A stretch of 63,249 nucleotides of DNA, filler included, from Octopus bimaculoides (taxonomy: Eukaryota), in NCBI RefSeq assembly GCF_001194135.2. It is 4 parts of 4 records of this genome, joined end to end, with 100 filler letters (N's around TTAATTAATTAA, not from the genome) between each part and the next. Parts side by side here need not be neighbours in the genome. Positions count along the whole stretch, not along the records: positions 29,040 to 50,875 come from NC_068988.1; positions 50,976 to 61,488 come from NC_068996.1; 2 more parts are not named here. The stretch is one strand, 5' to 3'. Position 1 is the first letter of the stretch, and each line of letters starts with the position of its first letter. The translations under genes were made by a program, and so were the position numbers. The notes under the pieces were generated by a model. The model made no database searches. It saw only the letters and a program-made list of their open reading frames with translations, and was not told where the DNA came from. Of the stretch, positions 37,674-51,007 are shown piece after piece.

Positions 37674-38634
37674 CTGAAAGAACAAAAAAAGCAAACAACA
37701 AAAACAAATAAAATAAAACAAAAAAAATAGCAGTAAGTCAAAACACTGTCTAGTAGTAGTAGTAGTGGCGGTGGTGGTTGCAGTGGTGGTGGTAGTGGTT
37801 GGTGGTGGTGGTGATGGTGTAGTAGTAGTAGTAGTAGTAGTAACAATTATTGTTTACCTGCAGATCAGCTCTAATGAAATAGGCCTATGTTACGTTCTAG
37901 CCATGACTGCCCATATACCTTTCATGACCCACGCTATCTGTTTACAGTCATTGTGTACTTGAATTGTAAATTCTTTAATGTGGAGTTCCTGTTTTAGATG
38001 ATAATTTGAAGGAGAAGTGACTGTTATTTCTCTCGGAGAGAGCAACCACATAAACATTTTCTCATTGGCTTCAGACTAAACATGTTGTTTAGCCCAGAGA
38101 CTGTAGACTCATACTCAATGGCATGCTTGCCATAACCATCCCAGCCCTTTTTTAGGGATATGTTGGACTTCTTAAATTTAATGTATTGTTTTTTTCTTTT
38201 ATGATAATATATTATGATTTGATGCAGACTTGGCTGCCATTACTTGCAGATCAAATGTCAATGTAAGAGATGCTTCCATGGTGGTAGCAGTAGAGATATT
38301 ATTTAACTCCAGGTCAGCCTTGATCCAGATCTCCTCAAAGACACTTTTAGTATATCTAGCACTACATTACCCAATGTGTTCTTTTATAAAGAGGATGTGA
38401 TTAGATTTGGCTGTTGATTTGGTGATATCAAGGCTCCCTCATTGACTTAATACATGTATTTATGTATAAATGCTTATGTATAAATATGTTTTATGTATAA
38501 ATGACAATGTTATAATATATATCCTTCTGTACATTCCATATTTGGTAATAATGCTGTCTAATATAAACACAGCGACTCAAATTTCAGAAAAGTGCAGAGT
38601 CAATTATATAGATCCTATTACAAGACAGCTAGTG

Positions 38635-39012
38635 GAGGCGCAATGGCCCAGTAGTTAGGGCAGCGGACTCGCGGTCATAGGATCGTGGTTTCGATTCCCA
38701 GAAGGGCATTGTGAGTGTTTATTGAACGAAAACACCTAAAGCTCCATGAGGCTCCGGCAGGGGATGGTGGCAAACCCTGCTGTACTCTTCCACCACAACT
38801 TTCTCTCACTCTTTCTTCCTGTTTCTGTTGTGCCTGTATTTCAAAGGGTCAGCCTTGTCACACTGAATATCCCCGAGAACTACGTTAAGGGTACACGTGT
38901 CTGTGGAGTGCTCAGCCACTTGCACGTTAATTTCACAAGCAGGCTGTTCTGTTGATTGGATCAACTGGAACCCTCGACGTCGTAAGCGACGGAGTGCCAA
39001 CAACAACAACAA
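38635..39012 (+). mobile_element. Full-length tRNA-derived SINE family D with (CAA)n tail
   Basis: A-box-like tggcccagtagttagg, B-box-like ggtttcgattcc, tail gacggagtgccaacaacaac; reverse, older copy at about 24455-24730. Confidence 0.8.
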
Positions 39013-40499
39013 GACAGCTGCTTTATAATATTGACTTCAAATTTTAGCACAAGGCTGGCAATTGTTTTTTGGGGATAAGTCGATTACAATGAACCTAGTA
39101 CTCAACTGGTGCTTATTTTATTGACCTCGGAAGGATGAAAGGCAAAGTCAACCTTTGTGGAATTTGATCTTAGAATGTAAAGACAGACGAAATGCCACTA
39201 AGCATTCTACCCAGCACGCTAACAATTCTGTCAGCTTACCACCTTCAGCTGCTTTATAATATTAATTTCTTAAAACTGTTTCTCATATATCTACCATTTT
39301 ACTATTCTGATGCACTCTACTCTGCCTTTAAGTGCTGCCACTTATTATTACTTTCTGTTGGATCCACTCTTATTTTCCTTTACCTTTCCCCCAAAACTGA
39401 TATTTACCATTGACCACACTCCAAATTGTGTTCAGCCTTCATATATTTCTACACTGTCTCCACAGCATTGCAAACTATTGCTTTGTGTGTTGTTAAATAC
39501 TGGTACGTGTTGCTGAGATGTATTTATTTTGTTACTATATCTGCACGTAGTCACTAACTATTGCTACATGTATTGAGTAGTATTTTTATATTTTTCTACT
39601 TTTCTGTACAGGTTTGCTAATTATTGGTACATGTTCTGATTCACTGCATTTACCTCTATTCCCATCTCTGTCTGTCACTCTCTTTTCACAATCTCATGAA
39701 CCTACCCATCTACCCATCTTCAATTCACTGTTCCTATTCTCTCTTATATCTATCTTCTTGTATCTTGATGTTACACCCTGACATCTCACCTCCACCATTC
39801 TTTCTCCCTTTCCATCTTGGGTAGCCATGCATCTCCACAACACCACCACACCTGTGTCTTGTCTTTCTATTATACTTTAGTCTTTCAACACTTGGCACAT
39901 AACCACCTCCCTCAAATACTGCACTGCTACTCAGCCAAGGGATTTTGTCTTGTGAGTTACTTATTGATCTCACTAGAGCTGTTGCTACAGACAAAAGGCA
40001 TCCAGGATACACTGTAAAGTGGCTGGTGTTAGGAAGGGCATAAAGCCATAGAAACCATGCCAAAGTAGACACTGGAGCTTGGAGCAGTCCTCTGGCTTGG
40101 AGGCAAACCAGCCAGCTCATTCCAGCATATAGAAGTCAAATGTTAAATGATGATGATGATGAGAAGGACGAGGAGGAGGAGATGTATGACACAAGGCGAT
40201 TAATCAAAATGAAGTGTGGTCAGTGGATTAGACTGACCCCAGTACTTGGCTGCTAGGTTATCTTAGTGTCTCTTGCAAAGGCAAAGTTGATTTCAGTAAG
40301 ATTTGAACTCTGAATATTAAGAGCAATAGCTAAATACCACAATGGTCAAACTACTGCTCTCTGTCCCAATAATACTTATTTGTTAAATTGTTTCAGATCT
40401 ATGCTAGCAATTGTAGAATGTCACATGTTTACAGAGGCTAATTTCAAGCTACCTACAACAAGTTTTGTGATCAGATGATCATGAAACCAAAAAAATCTT

Positions 40500-42190
40500 A
40501 ACTATATTGTCAGTTACCCTTCAATGTGTGGTACCTGGATGATGCAATCCTAGATGGTTTGGCTGAGTTTGTAGTTGAAGACCTTCAGCAGGTCATCCCA
40601 CCTCCATGTTGGAGGTGATGAACATGAACTATACGGAGGCTGAATTTCAGGATCCTATACTGAGCATCCAGCCTGTCTTGATGGGTGGGGGTGGGGCTTG
40701 GCTGACACAAAGGAATACTGTCTGCATTCTTGACTCCCCAATCTTCCTGAAAGCCATACCGGAGTGTGTGGAGACCAAGCTTGAGGACTTGATTAGAGTG
40801 ACTGAGAGATTGTGCCTCATTGATGTGCACCCAGTGTTCTTCCTCTTGAGAAATTACTTTTCCCTACCTAAGCTCCTTTTCTCACTATGATGAGAAACCA
40901 TGTCACCCTCTCACAGTTTGCCATCCAGCACTGTCCTGAAATGATCTGCAATGTCAGTTTTAACAACACTGGCTGGCAACAGCCTAAACTACCTTTTAAA
41001 TTAGGTGGCCTTGGTCTCCATTCCACATTGGACTTAGCTTTCTGTTCTACTTTCCCTCAGTCTCCTCCAGCTGCACCCTCATCGGCAGGGTACTCCATGG
41101 GATGGCTGAACTTGATGTGGCCCAGGAACTGGAGTCAGTGCTATCTGATTGGATCGTTGAAGGCTTTGCTGTCTCCCAGAATATAGATGTCCAATGTAAC
41201 TGGAACATCAGATGCAAGTATGCCTTCGGGCAGATTGAGACATTCTTAGAACATCAGTGTCTCACCCACCTGCCTTCATTCTGCTTCACAGCCAAGCAGT
41301 GGTGCATGACTCATTTTGGTACTCTCCTCATCAACCAGTACCCTTCTTGGTAGTAAATGCACTTGTATTGGAGTGGCCCAGTGCCTTGGCTTCCATGTGT
41401 TTGAGCTGCACAAATGCTATTGTGGAGTGGTAGTTGATGAATTTGGCCAGCATTCATTATCCTGCAGTTATAACACAAGTTGATTCCTCAACATGACATG
41501 CTGAATGACATAATTAGTAACTGGCTTACCATCACAACTAGAGCCAGTAGGCCTTTACCATGGGAATGGTAAGCACCCCAATGGAAGGAATAACCCGCCT
41601 CTCATACGAAGGAGGCAGATTCCTAATCTGGGACATGATGTGCTGCAACATTCTCTGGCTTCAACTTTGCTGCATTAGCCACGAACCCAAGTATTCTTTT
41701 CTACTCTAGACACAAGGTTCGAAAGTTTTGGGGAGGGGGCCAGTTGATTAGATCAATCCCAGTACACAACTAGTACTTAATTTATCGACCCCGAAAGGAT
41801 GAAAGGCAAAGTCGACCTTGGAGGAATTTGAACTCAGAGCATAAAAATGGACGAAATACTGCTAAGCATTTTGCCCAGCATGCTAACGTTTCTGCCAGCT
41901 CACCACCTTTTCAAACCCAAGTATTGCTGCTCATAATGCAAAGGAGAGAAAAAGTAAACAAATACAAGAGCCTGACTGGTCACTATCAGTTTGTGTCGGT
42001 TGTTTTTGCGACCTCTGGTGTCCTTCAATCCCATGCTGCTGATTTCATCCACAAAACTGAGATAACTGCAGCCCATCTCAGAAATGAGCCCCATGAGGTG
42101 AGGTGGAAGCTGTAACAAATGTTGCTGGATATTCTCTATGGCAATGCCTTTGCGATCATGTCTATGAGGCATGGCTAAACACACCATTTG
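40500..42190 (+). mobile_element. CRE-like RLE non-LTR retrotransposon, decayed 3' half
   Basis: NVWYLDDA (RT); KCYCGVVVDEFGQHSLSC...HDMLNDII (Zn knuckle); GK.P.G...LIWD..C; KVNKYKSLTGHYQFVSVVFATSG (RLE); SINE B inserted at 41696-41913 with 12-bp TSD aacccaagtatt. Confidence 0.75.
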
Positions 42191-42632
42191 TTCTGGGATG
42201 TACAATCTATTACTTTCTCCTTCCATCTTCTGCTGCTTAACCCTGCCTTTTCCCCTTGTCTTTGTTTCCTTGGTTAGATAGTTATGGGTCTCTTTTACTT
42301 GATAATTTGATCTTTTATACTTTCAACATTTTTTCTTTATTTATAAAAACATAATTTTGAATATAACACCAATGTTATTTATAATTTAGTTTTTAAGTGT
42401 TTACACGATGAGTTTCCATTGTAATTTCTGACTACTAAATTTCGTTCACAAAGTTTTGGTTAGCCTGACACTATGGTAGAAGATACATGTCACAACTGCT
42501 ATGTACTGAGATTGAATGTGAAACTATATAATTTGAAATGAACTTCTAAACAACACAGCATGCACTATGTGTACTCACTGACTTGACTGCTGCAATAATA
42601 GTAAGAAAATAAATGAAGAATTTCCTACATAC

Positions 42633-42763
42633 TTTTGAAACTAATCTGTTGTAGATGTTGGTACGGATATATAGAGAGCGTCGCTTAGGATGAACACCAT
42701 ATTTGGCAATGGTCTTTATGAAGTTGTTGTTAAGGAAACTAGATGTCATTCGATAATCAGACA
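42633..42763 (-). CDS. Fasciclin gene exon (middle of FAS1 domain)
   Basis: tttacag| acceptor and |gtatgt donor; VSDYRMTSSFLNNNFIKTIAKYG...LYIRTNIYNRLVSK; 131 nt, phase 1 to 0, exactly bridging the flanking exons. Confidence 0.8.
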
Positions 42764-43199
42764 CTGTAAATATAATGAAAATATAAATTTGTTTATATCA
42801 ATATATAAATTATATCTACATAAATATTCATTTTGCTTGGAACTTTAGGTTTCACTTGATTACTTATTCAACCAGTGAATTTTGATTTTATATTAGTATT
42901 TAAATCGGAAGAAAGGTAAAATGTTTCCTTAGATAGTAAAGGGTGATTGGAGATGTTAAAATTCCCAAGAGCTTTCATTCTATCAAAATTTTAATAGGAT
43001 TCTGATAAATGAATTCAAAGATCAGAAATTAAATTCAGAGGGAAGATGAAGTTAAGAGGAGGACAAAAATGAGAAAGAACTAACTTTGTTTCAATCAATT
43101 TTTAAAATAATGAAGTGTTTGGTAAAATAACCTTGTTATTAAATTGGAGTTTGGAATAAATTAACACGAAATTTTGATGGAAGATTTTAATTTCTCTTG

Positions 43200-43690
43200 T
43201 CTGTTGGTGCAAAGCCTGAAATTTGGCAGTAGAGCAGGTTAGTTGATTACATCAACTTCAGTTCTCGATTGGTACTTAATTTTTATCAACACCAAAAGGA
43301 TGAAAGGCAAAGGTGACCTTGGTAGAATTTGAACACAAAATATAAAACTGGAAGAAATGCTTATTTCTTTACTGCCCACAAGGGGGCTAAACATAGAGGG
43401 GACAAACAAGGACAGACAAAGGGATTAAGTCGATTACATCGACTCCAGTGCGTAACTGGTACTTATTTAATCGACTCCAGTGCGTAACTGGTACTTATTT
43501 AATCGACCCCGAAAGGATGAAAGGCAAAGTCGACCTCGGCGGAATTTGAACACAGAACCGTAGCGGCAGACAAAATACTGCTAAGAATTTCGCCCGGCGT
43601 GCTAACGTTTCTGCCAGCTCACCGCCTTCTGGAAGAAATGCTGCTAAGCATTTTGCTTGACATGCTGACAAATCTGCCAGCTAGCGGCTT
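43200..43690 (-). mobile_element. Young SINE B nested inside an old SINE B
   Basis: 14-bp TSD ctggaagaaatgct at 43348-43361 and 43629-43642; 31-bp internal tandem duplication in the inner copy. Confidence 0.85.
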
Positions 43691-44099
43691 TAGGGAAAGT
43701 CCTAACTTAGATGACTTTAAAAACAGGAAGTTTGTATCAAACAATCAAGAATGGTCTCAGGCGGGTTGGTATCAAGAGGGTTAAGTTATTTATTTGTGAG
43801 GTACTTATTGAAGTAACTCTGTATTGTATCATTAAAAAAAAAATTGAATTTAAATGTTGGATAAATTGCAAGAAAATGAGTAAAATGACTTATAAAACAC
43901 TAATATTTAATTGCTGGTACTAAAAGTGCACAATAAGGAAAACAGTATTAAAATTATATTAATTTCCTATTATGGTATCTATCAGTGTTTGTTTCCAGCT
44001 CACTAAATAACTATGTCCAGGCTCTTTGTTGTTCAACTGACTAGAGAATTATAACATTTAAAAGCTGCTGTGGGATACAAACACTACTAAGTTTTGGAC

Positions 44100-44480
44100 T
44101 GAATGGCTGAAGGATCAACTTCTCAACGTCACACTGTGCGGCAAATTCTCCTCTAGTTGTCATGATAGAGATGCACCAAAGAAAAGGTACAATGACGTCC
44201 TTAAAAAGTCCTTTGGTGCCTTTCACATTCCTCATTACAAGTGGTTCATTTTTACCCCTGACCATAAAGCCTGAAATTTCATCGTCCACCAGGTAACAGT
44301 CTCCTTTGAAGATACCCACAAAACCATTCTTGCAGACAAGAAAAAAAAAAGGAGGTAATACAAGGACATTTCAACAAGCTGGGGTCAGTTACGTTCCACT
44401 GCAGTTTGCAGTTGTGCCTGTTTTCTTGAATTGAACTTGTTGGGCATCAACAAACTTGCAGCAGATGTGGACATCACCTT
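44100..44480 (+). mobile_element. RTE/BovB-like LINE 3' end
   Basis: ELSSSCHDRDAPKKRYNDVLKKSFGAFHI...SFEDTHKTILADK resembles RTE G-x-PKKRYKD-x-LK. Confidence 0.75.
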
Positions 44481-45629
44481 CTGTAAATCTTTGCTCATGA
44501 AGCCAAGCTAAGAAATATATATATATATTACAAGTAGGCAAATGAAAGAAAGAGGCACTTGACACATTTAGTAGGAGTTACATATATTAACTAAAACGGA
44601 TTGATTTGGCTCGATGCAACTTAAAAGTTTCATAGGCATCTTGCAGGAACCCAACTCATTCAACTGAATTGGTTATCTGAGCCTGAATGAGGTAGGTTTC
44701 TGTAAGAAGCCTATAAAACCTTAAGTTGCATGGAACCAAATCAAAATGTTTTAAATGACGACGACGACGATGATGATGATGGTGATGGTGATGGTGATGG
44801 TGATGGTGAAGATGAAGATGAAGATGAAGATGAAAATGAAGATGATGAAGAAGAAGAAGATGAAGATGAAGAAGAAGAAGAAGAAGAAGAAGAAGAAGAA
44901 TGCCCTGATGCAGTACCAGGCAGTGGCTGTCATGCCTTCTAAGTTCAGTCGCGTATTGTCTTTGCCTTCGAAACGTGGAGTAGATGGAACAGGGGCAACT
45001 GACGAAGGGGTATACGCTTTATGTTGCATGTCTCATTTCTCTGTTTGTTTTTTTTGTTGTTCGAAAATAGTTCGTTTTCTGTTTTCATTTTATGTTTTCG
45101 TTTCTCATTGTGTTTAACGTTTTTTTGATTTCCTGTACCCATATATGCATGTATGTTTACATATAAATGTCTTGTTCTGATTGGAAGTGTTATCATGTAC
45201 TTTGTTTTGTCTTGGTATAAAAGATGGGCTACAACAAATATTCTGCTCAATACCACAGATTTGCCTGTCAGTTGTTTGACTATAACCAGCTGAACATGTC
45301 CCTTAGTGGTTGATGATATGTGCATCTCTGATCACGAGCAGAAGTAGTTGGGGAGCATCACACCCATGTGTTGAGAGGAATTCTTTAGAGTTTGAATAAT
45401 TCACCTCAGGAAACATGGATGTTTCATTCAACATCCTTAAACAACTCTTATTCAAGGACCATTTGAACGGGATGAGCTACTTAACCTGAAGAAAATTCTA
45501 ACTGAGCCTCACCTGCAAGGTCATGCGCTGTTTACCTTGATATGAGATCACCATGTCGCGCACATATGGTTGTGATGCATGTGCCTGATGTACCCTTATC
45601 AGACGGGTAGTCATGATAGATATATTGGG

Positions 45630-46290
45630 CTTTGTATACTTCCCCTCAATGTCACTTTGATAGCATGCACTGCTCTGAAGCTATGCCAACACTATGGAAT
45701 AACACCTATATACACTGGAAGCTATGCCAACACTATGGAATAACAACAGAAAAAAGATGGTATAAACACATGCCAGNNNNNNNNNNNNNNNNNNNNNNNN
45801 NNNNNNNNNNNNNNNNNNNNNNNNNNNNNNNNNNNNNNNNNNNNNNNNNNNNNNNNNNNNNNNNNNNNNNNNNNNNNNNNNNNNNNNNNNNNNNNNNNNN
45901 NNNNNNNNNNNNNNNNNNNNNNNTATCAATACCAGCAGATGACAATGTTTCCCTAAAAGAAATGGAAAAACTTTCAAAATACAAAGACCTAGAAATAGAG
46001 GTAACTCGAATGTGGAATCTAAAAACAGAAACAATTCCTATCATAGTAGGTGCCTTAGGTATAATAAAAAAATATTCAGACAAATACATAACAAAAACAC
46101 CAGGACTTACAAATATATATAACATACAGAAAATTGCACTACTGGGCACTGCACACATCCTACGCAAAACACTTTCAATACAGTAACCATAAGAGCATCA
46201 CAGCAAACCACAGCACATACCCAAGGCACACAGAGCTGCGCTCGGTAGTGAAGTGAAAGTACGTTATAAAAATAAAACTACTGAACAATA
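45630..46290 (+). mobile_element. R4/Dong-like LINE 3' end (RLE), gapped
   Basis: KEMEKLSKYKDLEIEVTRMWNLKTETIPIIVGALG...QKIALLGTAHILRKTL*, followed by a (TAA)/(GAA) tail. Confidence 0.85.
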
Positions 46291-46324
46291 ATAATAAGAA
46301 GAAGAAGAAGAAGAAGAAGAACTG

Positions 46325-46730
46325 AAGCAGTGCATACCTCAAAAAAAGCAAAGCTAACTAGGTCTGATCAACGGATTAAGCAATACTGGCAAAACAAATT
46401 GTTTAGAACCAACCAAAAAAGATTTTATCAAGAGATTAATGATTATAAGATACGATTAGTCTCTGATACTGATGAAAGTCGACTTTTCTGGGGTAAGATA
46501 TGGAGTAAGTAAGGAGATAATACTACAGCTGAATGGCTAGGCAGCCTGATGCAAACAGCTTCTTATCTCCAGCAAGAGGCTATCCACTTCACATAAGACA
46601 GTACCAGAAATATGAGTAAAAAGATAAGCAATTGGAAAGCTGCAGGACCTGATGGTGTACAGCAGTTTCTTGCTAAACTTTTTTACCTTATGATACACTG
46701 GACCAAGAGAATTTATTTTGCAGCACACCA
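46325..46730 (+). mobile_element. R4/Dong-like LINE N-terminal fragment
   Basis: RIKQYWQNKLFRTNQKRFYQEI...FWGKIWS; NWKAAGPDGVQ. Confidence 0.7.
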
Positions 46731-47339
46731 AATAAAAATCTCAGCAAAACTGAATATACTTTATTAACATGAATAAAAAGAAATAAATTCTTATTACAGT
46801 AACAATAACTTTGTTTTATGAACATATAATACACACATATATACACACACATAATGTTCTTAGTGAGAAGGATGCAATTGATTTTGAGAAATAATTTTGT
46901 CAAAATGCAGCTCTAAATTAGATAAACAAATGCATAACTCATCTACCATTTGTAATCGGTCCCTTATTTTTCACTTCATTTCCCTAAATGCAGAGATACC
47001 TAAGACATCAAGCAAAGACTATAAGTAGTGATCCTGATACACATCATCATCGTTTAACGTCCGCCTTTCATGCTAGCATGGGTTGGACGATTTGACTGAG
47101 GACTGGTGAAACCGGATGGCAACACCAGGCTCCAATCTAATTTGGCAGAGTTTCTACAGCTGGATGCCCTTCCTAACACCAACCACTCAGAGAGTGTAGT
47201 GGGTGCTTTTACGTGTCACCTGCACGAAAACGGCCACGCTCGAAATGGTGTCTTTTCAGGAAGAAATGATCAGGCTAAGAAACAATCTGCTATGCAACAA
47301 CTACCTGAAGAATATACTATCTACTCCAGTTAGGAAGAG

Positions 47340-47830
47340 GAGAGGATGAAACCCATAAACTGAGCACACCCTATATCAAAGGCCTCTTGGAAAAGATACA
47401 AAAGATATGTGATCCATATGACATCAGGACAGTATTCAGAAGTAATTCAACACTTAGCAAATATCTTCTCTGAGTAAATCCATGCCTAGAAGAGAATATG
47501 ACCAAAAACTATGTACGCTCTATCCCATGCAGTTGTGGTAAGCTATACAAATGCGAAACAGGCTGCCCTTTTAAAGCAAAGGAAGAGGAACATTGTAAAG
47601 CTGTAATATGAGGGGATGTTGAAAAATTGGGTATAGCCAATCATGCATGGAAAAATGGAGACCACCTCCCGCTGTGGGATGAAGTTAAAATAGTCAACTG
47701 AGAACACCAATGGAAAATACAAAAATTAAAAGAGGCTGCACATATGCTAGGGTACAATAACCTCCTAAGCAGACCTAGTGCAGATATGAATGTAACATGG
47801 GAACCAGTATTAAGAAAAGATAAAATACTA
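47340..47830 (+). mobile_element. Penelope-like GIY-YIG endonuclease fragment
   Basis: PYIKG...IRTVFRSNSTL; SIPCSCGKLYKCETG; HLPLWDEVKIV..EHQWKIQKLKEAAHMLG; a mariner TIR fragment interrupts near 47605. Confidence 0.8.
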
Positions 47831-48038
47831 GGTTTATAAGCCCTAAAATTCACTCTATAATTGCCCACAGGCATATAGTGTAGTGGACAAGAGCACAAGC
47901 TACTAATACTCAGATTCTAAGTTCAGTCCCAGGCAGGGACTTGTAGAATATTATCAACAGGAAAATAACATCATATGTCAAGCAGTGATGGTGGGACAAA
48001 CATGAACACAAAGACACACATGTATAAATATACATATG

Positions 48039-48097
<59 letters not shown>

Positions 48098-48633
48098 ATC
48101 TTCTTTCAGTTTCCGTCTACCATATCTACTCACAAAGCTTTGGTTGGCCTGAAGACACTTTTGCCCANNNNNNNNNNNNNNNNNNNNNNNNNNNNNNNNN
48201 NNNNNNNNNNNNNNNNNNNNNNNNNNNNNNNNNNNNNNNNNNNNNNNNNNNNNNNNNNNNNNNNNNNNNNNNNNNNNNNNNNNNNNNNNNNNNNNNNNNN
48301 NNNNNNNNNNNNNNNNNNNNNNNNNNNNNNNNNNNNNNNNNNNNNNNNNNNNNNNNNNNNNNNNNNNNNNNNNNNNNNNNNNNNNNNNNNNNNNNNNNNN
48401 NNNNNNNNNNNNNNNNNNNNNNNNNNNNNNNNNNNNNNNNNNNNNNNNNNATACAGTCCCCCCACCATTTTTTTTCTCTTCTTGTTTCTCTCCTTGTTTC
48501 TTTCTGTGTTCCTTTCTGTGGAAGAGCGTAGGCTTGAAACGTTAAAGACTTTTTCAATTCCTGAGCGTTACACTAATACATCTGTTTGTTTTCTACACCA
48601 CCTGTCTTCATCTTTTGTTCATTTGTGAATTCT

Positions 48634-48673
<40 letters not shown>

Positions 48674-48678
48674 AGTTC

Positions 48679-49011
48679 AAATAAACAAACAATAAAATTA
48701 GCAATAACAGACAACAAGGAATGCATTAGTTTTGCGGTCAGTAAGAAGAGAGAGTTTTTGATGTTTCAAGCATAGCTCTTCATCAGAAAAGAGAAAGGAA
48801 AAAGTCTGGAGAAGAAAAAGAAATTGCCAACAGCACATGTGTAGTTATGTAACTATACACATACTGTTGGCAATTTCTTTTCCTTCTTTGGACTTTTCCC
48901 TTTCTCTTCTCTGACGAAGAGCTATGCTTGAAATGTCAAAAACTCTCCCTTTTTACTGAGCATCCGCATCCTCTTGCCTGTTATTGTTAATTTTATTGTT
49001 TGTTTATTTTA
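48679..49011. repeat. ~330-bp palindrome of hammerhead-motif element H1 (inverted pLTR-like pair)
   Basis: Arms 48679-48847 and 48850-49011 are reverse complements around a 2-nt centre; solo arm at about 51090-51270. Confidence 0.9.
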
Positions 49012-49149
49012 TTTTGACAATATACCACATGTTCACACAGGTCTTCTATGTTCTATCTGATCAAAAATACCTGATTCATGGATTTTCTTACTCTACCATT
49101 GGATTATGTTATCTTTAAATTCCTTTGGAGTATGTAATTTCTGCACCAA

Positions 49150-49440
49150 TTCCACTGCATGTCTTCTACTATAGCCTCAGGCCGACCAAAGCTTTGTGAG
49201 TGGATTTGGTAGACAGAAACTGAAAGAAGCCTATCGCATGTATGTGTGTGTGTGTGTGTGTGTGTATTTGTGTCTGTGTTTGTCCCCTCCCCCATTGCTT
49301 GACAACCGATGTTGGTGTGTTTATGTCCCCATAACTTAGCAGTTCGGCAAAAGAAGCCAATAGAATAAGTTCTAGGGTGGATTTGTTTGACTAAAGGCAG
49401 TGCTCCAGCATGGCCACAATCAAATGACTGAAACAAGTAA
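49150..49440 (+). mobile_element. SINE family A copy (CpG-decayed)
   Basis: gtcttctactatagcctcaggccgacc...caaatgactgaaacaagtaaaag. Confidence 0.75.
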
Positions 49441-49856
49441 AAGAATAAAAGAGTGTGTATATATAAATGTGTATATATATATAACATTTTGTGTTAATTT
49501 ATATCCCAAACACCAGCTTAATAATGAATAAAAGTTACTTTTTTAAATTCTCATTATATACATAGGTACATTATATACATGTGTGCAAAGAAGCTTGCTT
49601 ACCAACCACATGGTTCCAGGTTCAGTCCCACTATGTGGCAACTTGGACAAGTGTCTTCTACTATAGCCTCATGCTGACCAAAGCCTTGTGAATGAATTTG
49701 GTCAATGGAAACTGAAAGAAGCTTGTGTATATAAATATATATATATATATGTTTATATATATATATATATATGTATGTATATATATGTATATATATGTGT
49801 GTGTGTGTATATTTATATATATATATGTATGTATATATATGTGTGTGTATATTTAT

Positions 49857-49940
<84 letters not shown>

Positions 49941-50102
49941 GTGTGTGTGCGGGTATGTGTATGTTTGTATCTGTCTCCCAGCACCACTTTGATAACTGGT
50001 ATTATGTCCCTGTAATGTAATGATTCAACAAAAAAATGAATTGAAACAAAAGCAATGTATTTCGATGGAAATTTGGAGACAAAAGGATTAAGGATATCTT
50101 AC

Positions 50103-50262
50103 CTAAATGGAACCTGAGGATAGAATTCATAAGTGTGGAATTTCTTTTTATCTTGTCAGGTAGTTTCTCTAAGCTTTCATTAGTTGGAGCAAATATTGTG
50201 AATTTGGAATAAGGGTTCCTCAGTATGCTGTCAAGGTTTGCTTTCTTCAACAACTTCAAAAA
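50103..50262 (-). CDS. Fasciclin (FAS1-repeat, TGFBI/periostin-like) gene, first exon found (FAS1 H1)
   Basis: FLKLLKKANLDSILRNPYSKFTIFAPTNESLEKLP...ILRFHL; TIFAPTNE is the FAS1 H1 motif; donor |gtaaga; acceptor position is less certain. Confidence 0.85.
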
Positions 50263-50975
50263 CTTGAGGAAGAAAATAATAAGGCATAATTAGTAGGATA
50301 ATTTGAGCTACATTCAATGAGAACAACCATTTTTTTCTGCTAGATTATTAACAGACAAATGTGTGTGTGGGTGTGTGTGTGTGTATTTGTGTATGTGTCT
50401 GTGTTTGTCCCCTCCCCCATCGCTTGACAACTGATGTGGATGTGTTTATGTCCCTGTAACTTGGCAGTTCAGCAAAAGAGGCCAATAGAATAAGTACTAG
50501 GCATATGAAGAATAAGTCCTACGGTGTGTACATCTTTTTGTCTACAAAGTTGGTCAATATATTTCAATATATTAGGCATATTTTGTACAACTAGCAATTG
50601 CAGTTACTAATAGCTGAAATATTGTTACCATATATTTTCATATATCATCATCATCATCGTTTAACGTCCGCTTTCCATGCTAGCATGGGTTGGACGATTT
50701 GACTGAGGACTGGTGAAACCGGATGGCAACACCAGGCTCCAGTCTGATTTGGCAGAGTTTCTACAGCTGGATGCCCTTCCTAACGCCAACCACTCAGAGA
50801 GTGTAGTGGGTGCTTTTACGTGTCATCCGCATGAAAACGGCCACGCTCGAAATGGTGTCTTTTATGTGCCACCCGNNNNNNNNNNNNNNNNNNNNNNNNN
50901 NNNNNNNNNNNNNNNNNNNTTAATTAATTAANNNNNNNNNNNNNNNNNNNNNNNNNNNNNNNNNNNNNNNNNNNN

Positions 50976-51007
<32 letters not shown>

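Noticed and set aside
38635-38705. tRNA gene
   Set aside because: It has A/B boxes but no complete cloverleaf, and continues into a SINE body and tail; the same applies to the other SINE heads.
44730-44942. Acidic poly-D/E ORF
   Set aside because: Compound GAC/GAT/GGT/GAA trinucleotide microsatellite.
44945-45325. ORF HVQLVIVK...LYVNIH as the missing FAS1 exon
   Set aside because: It lies in repeat-like sequence beside a LINE fragment; the exon at 42633-42763 fits phase and domain content better.
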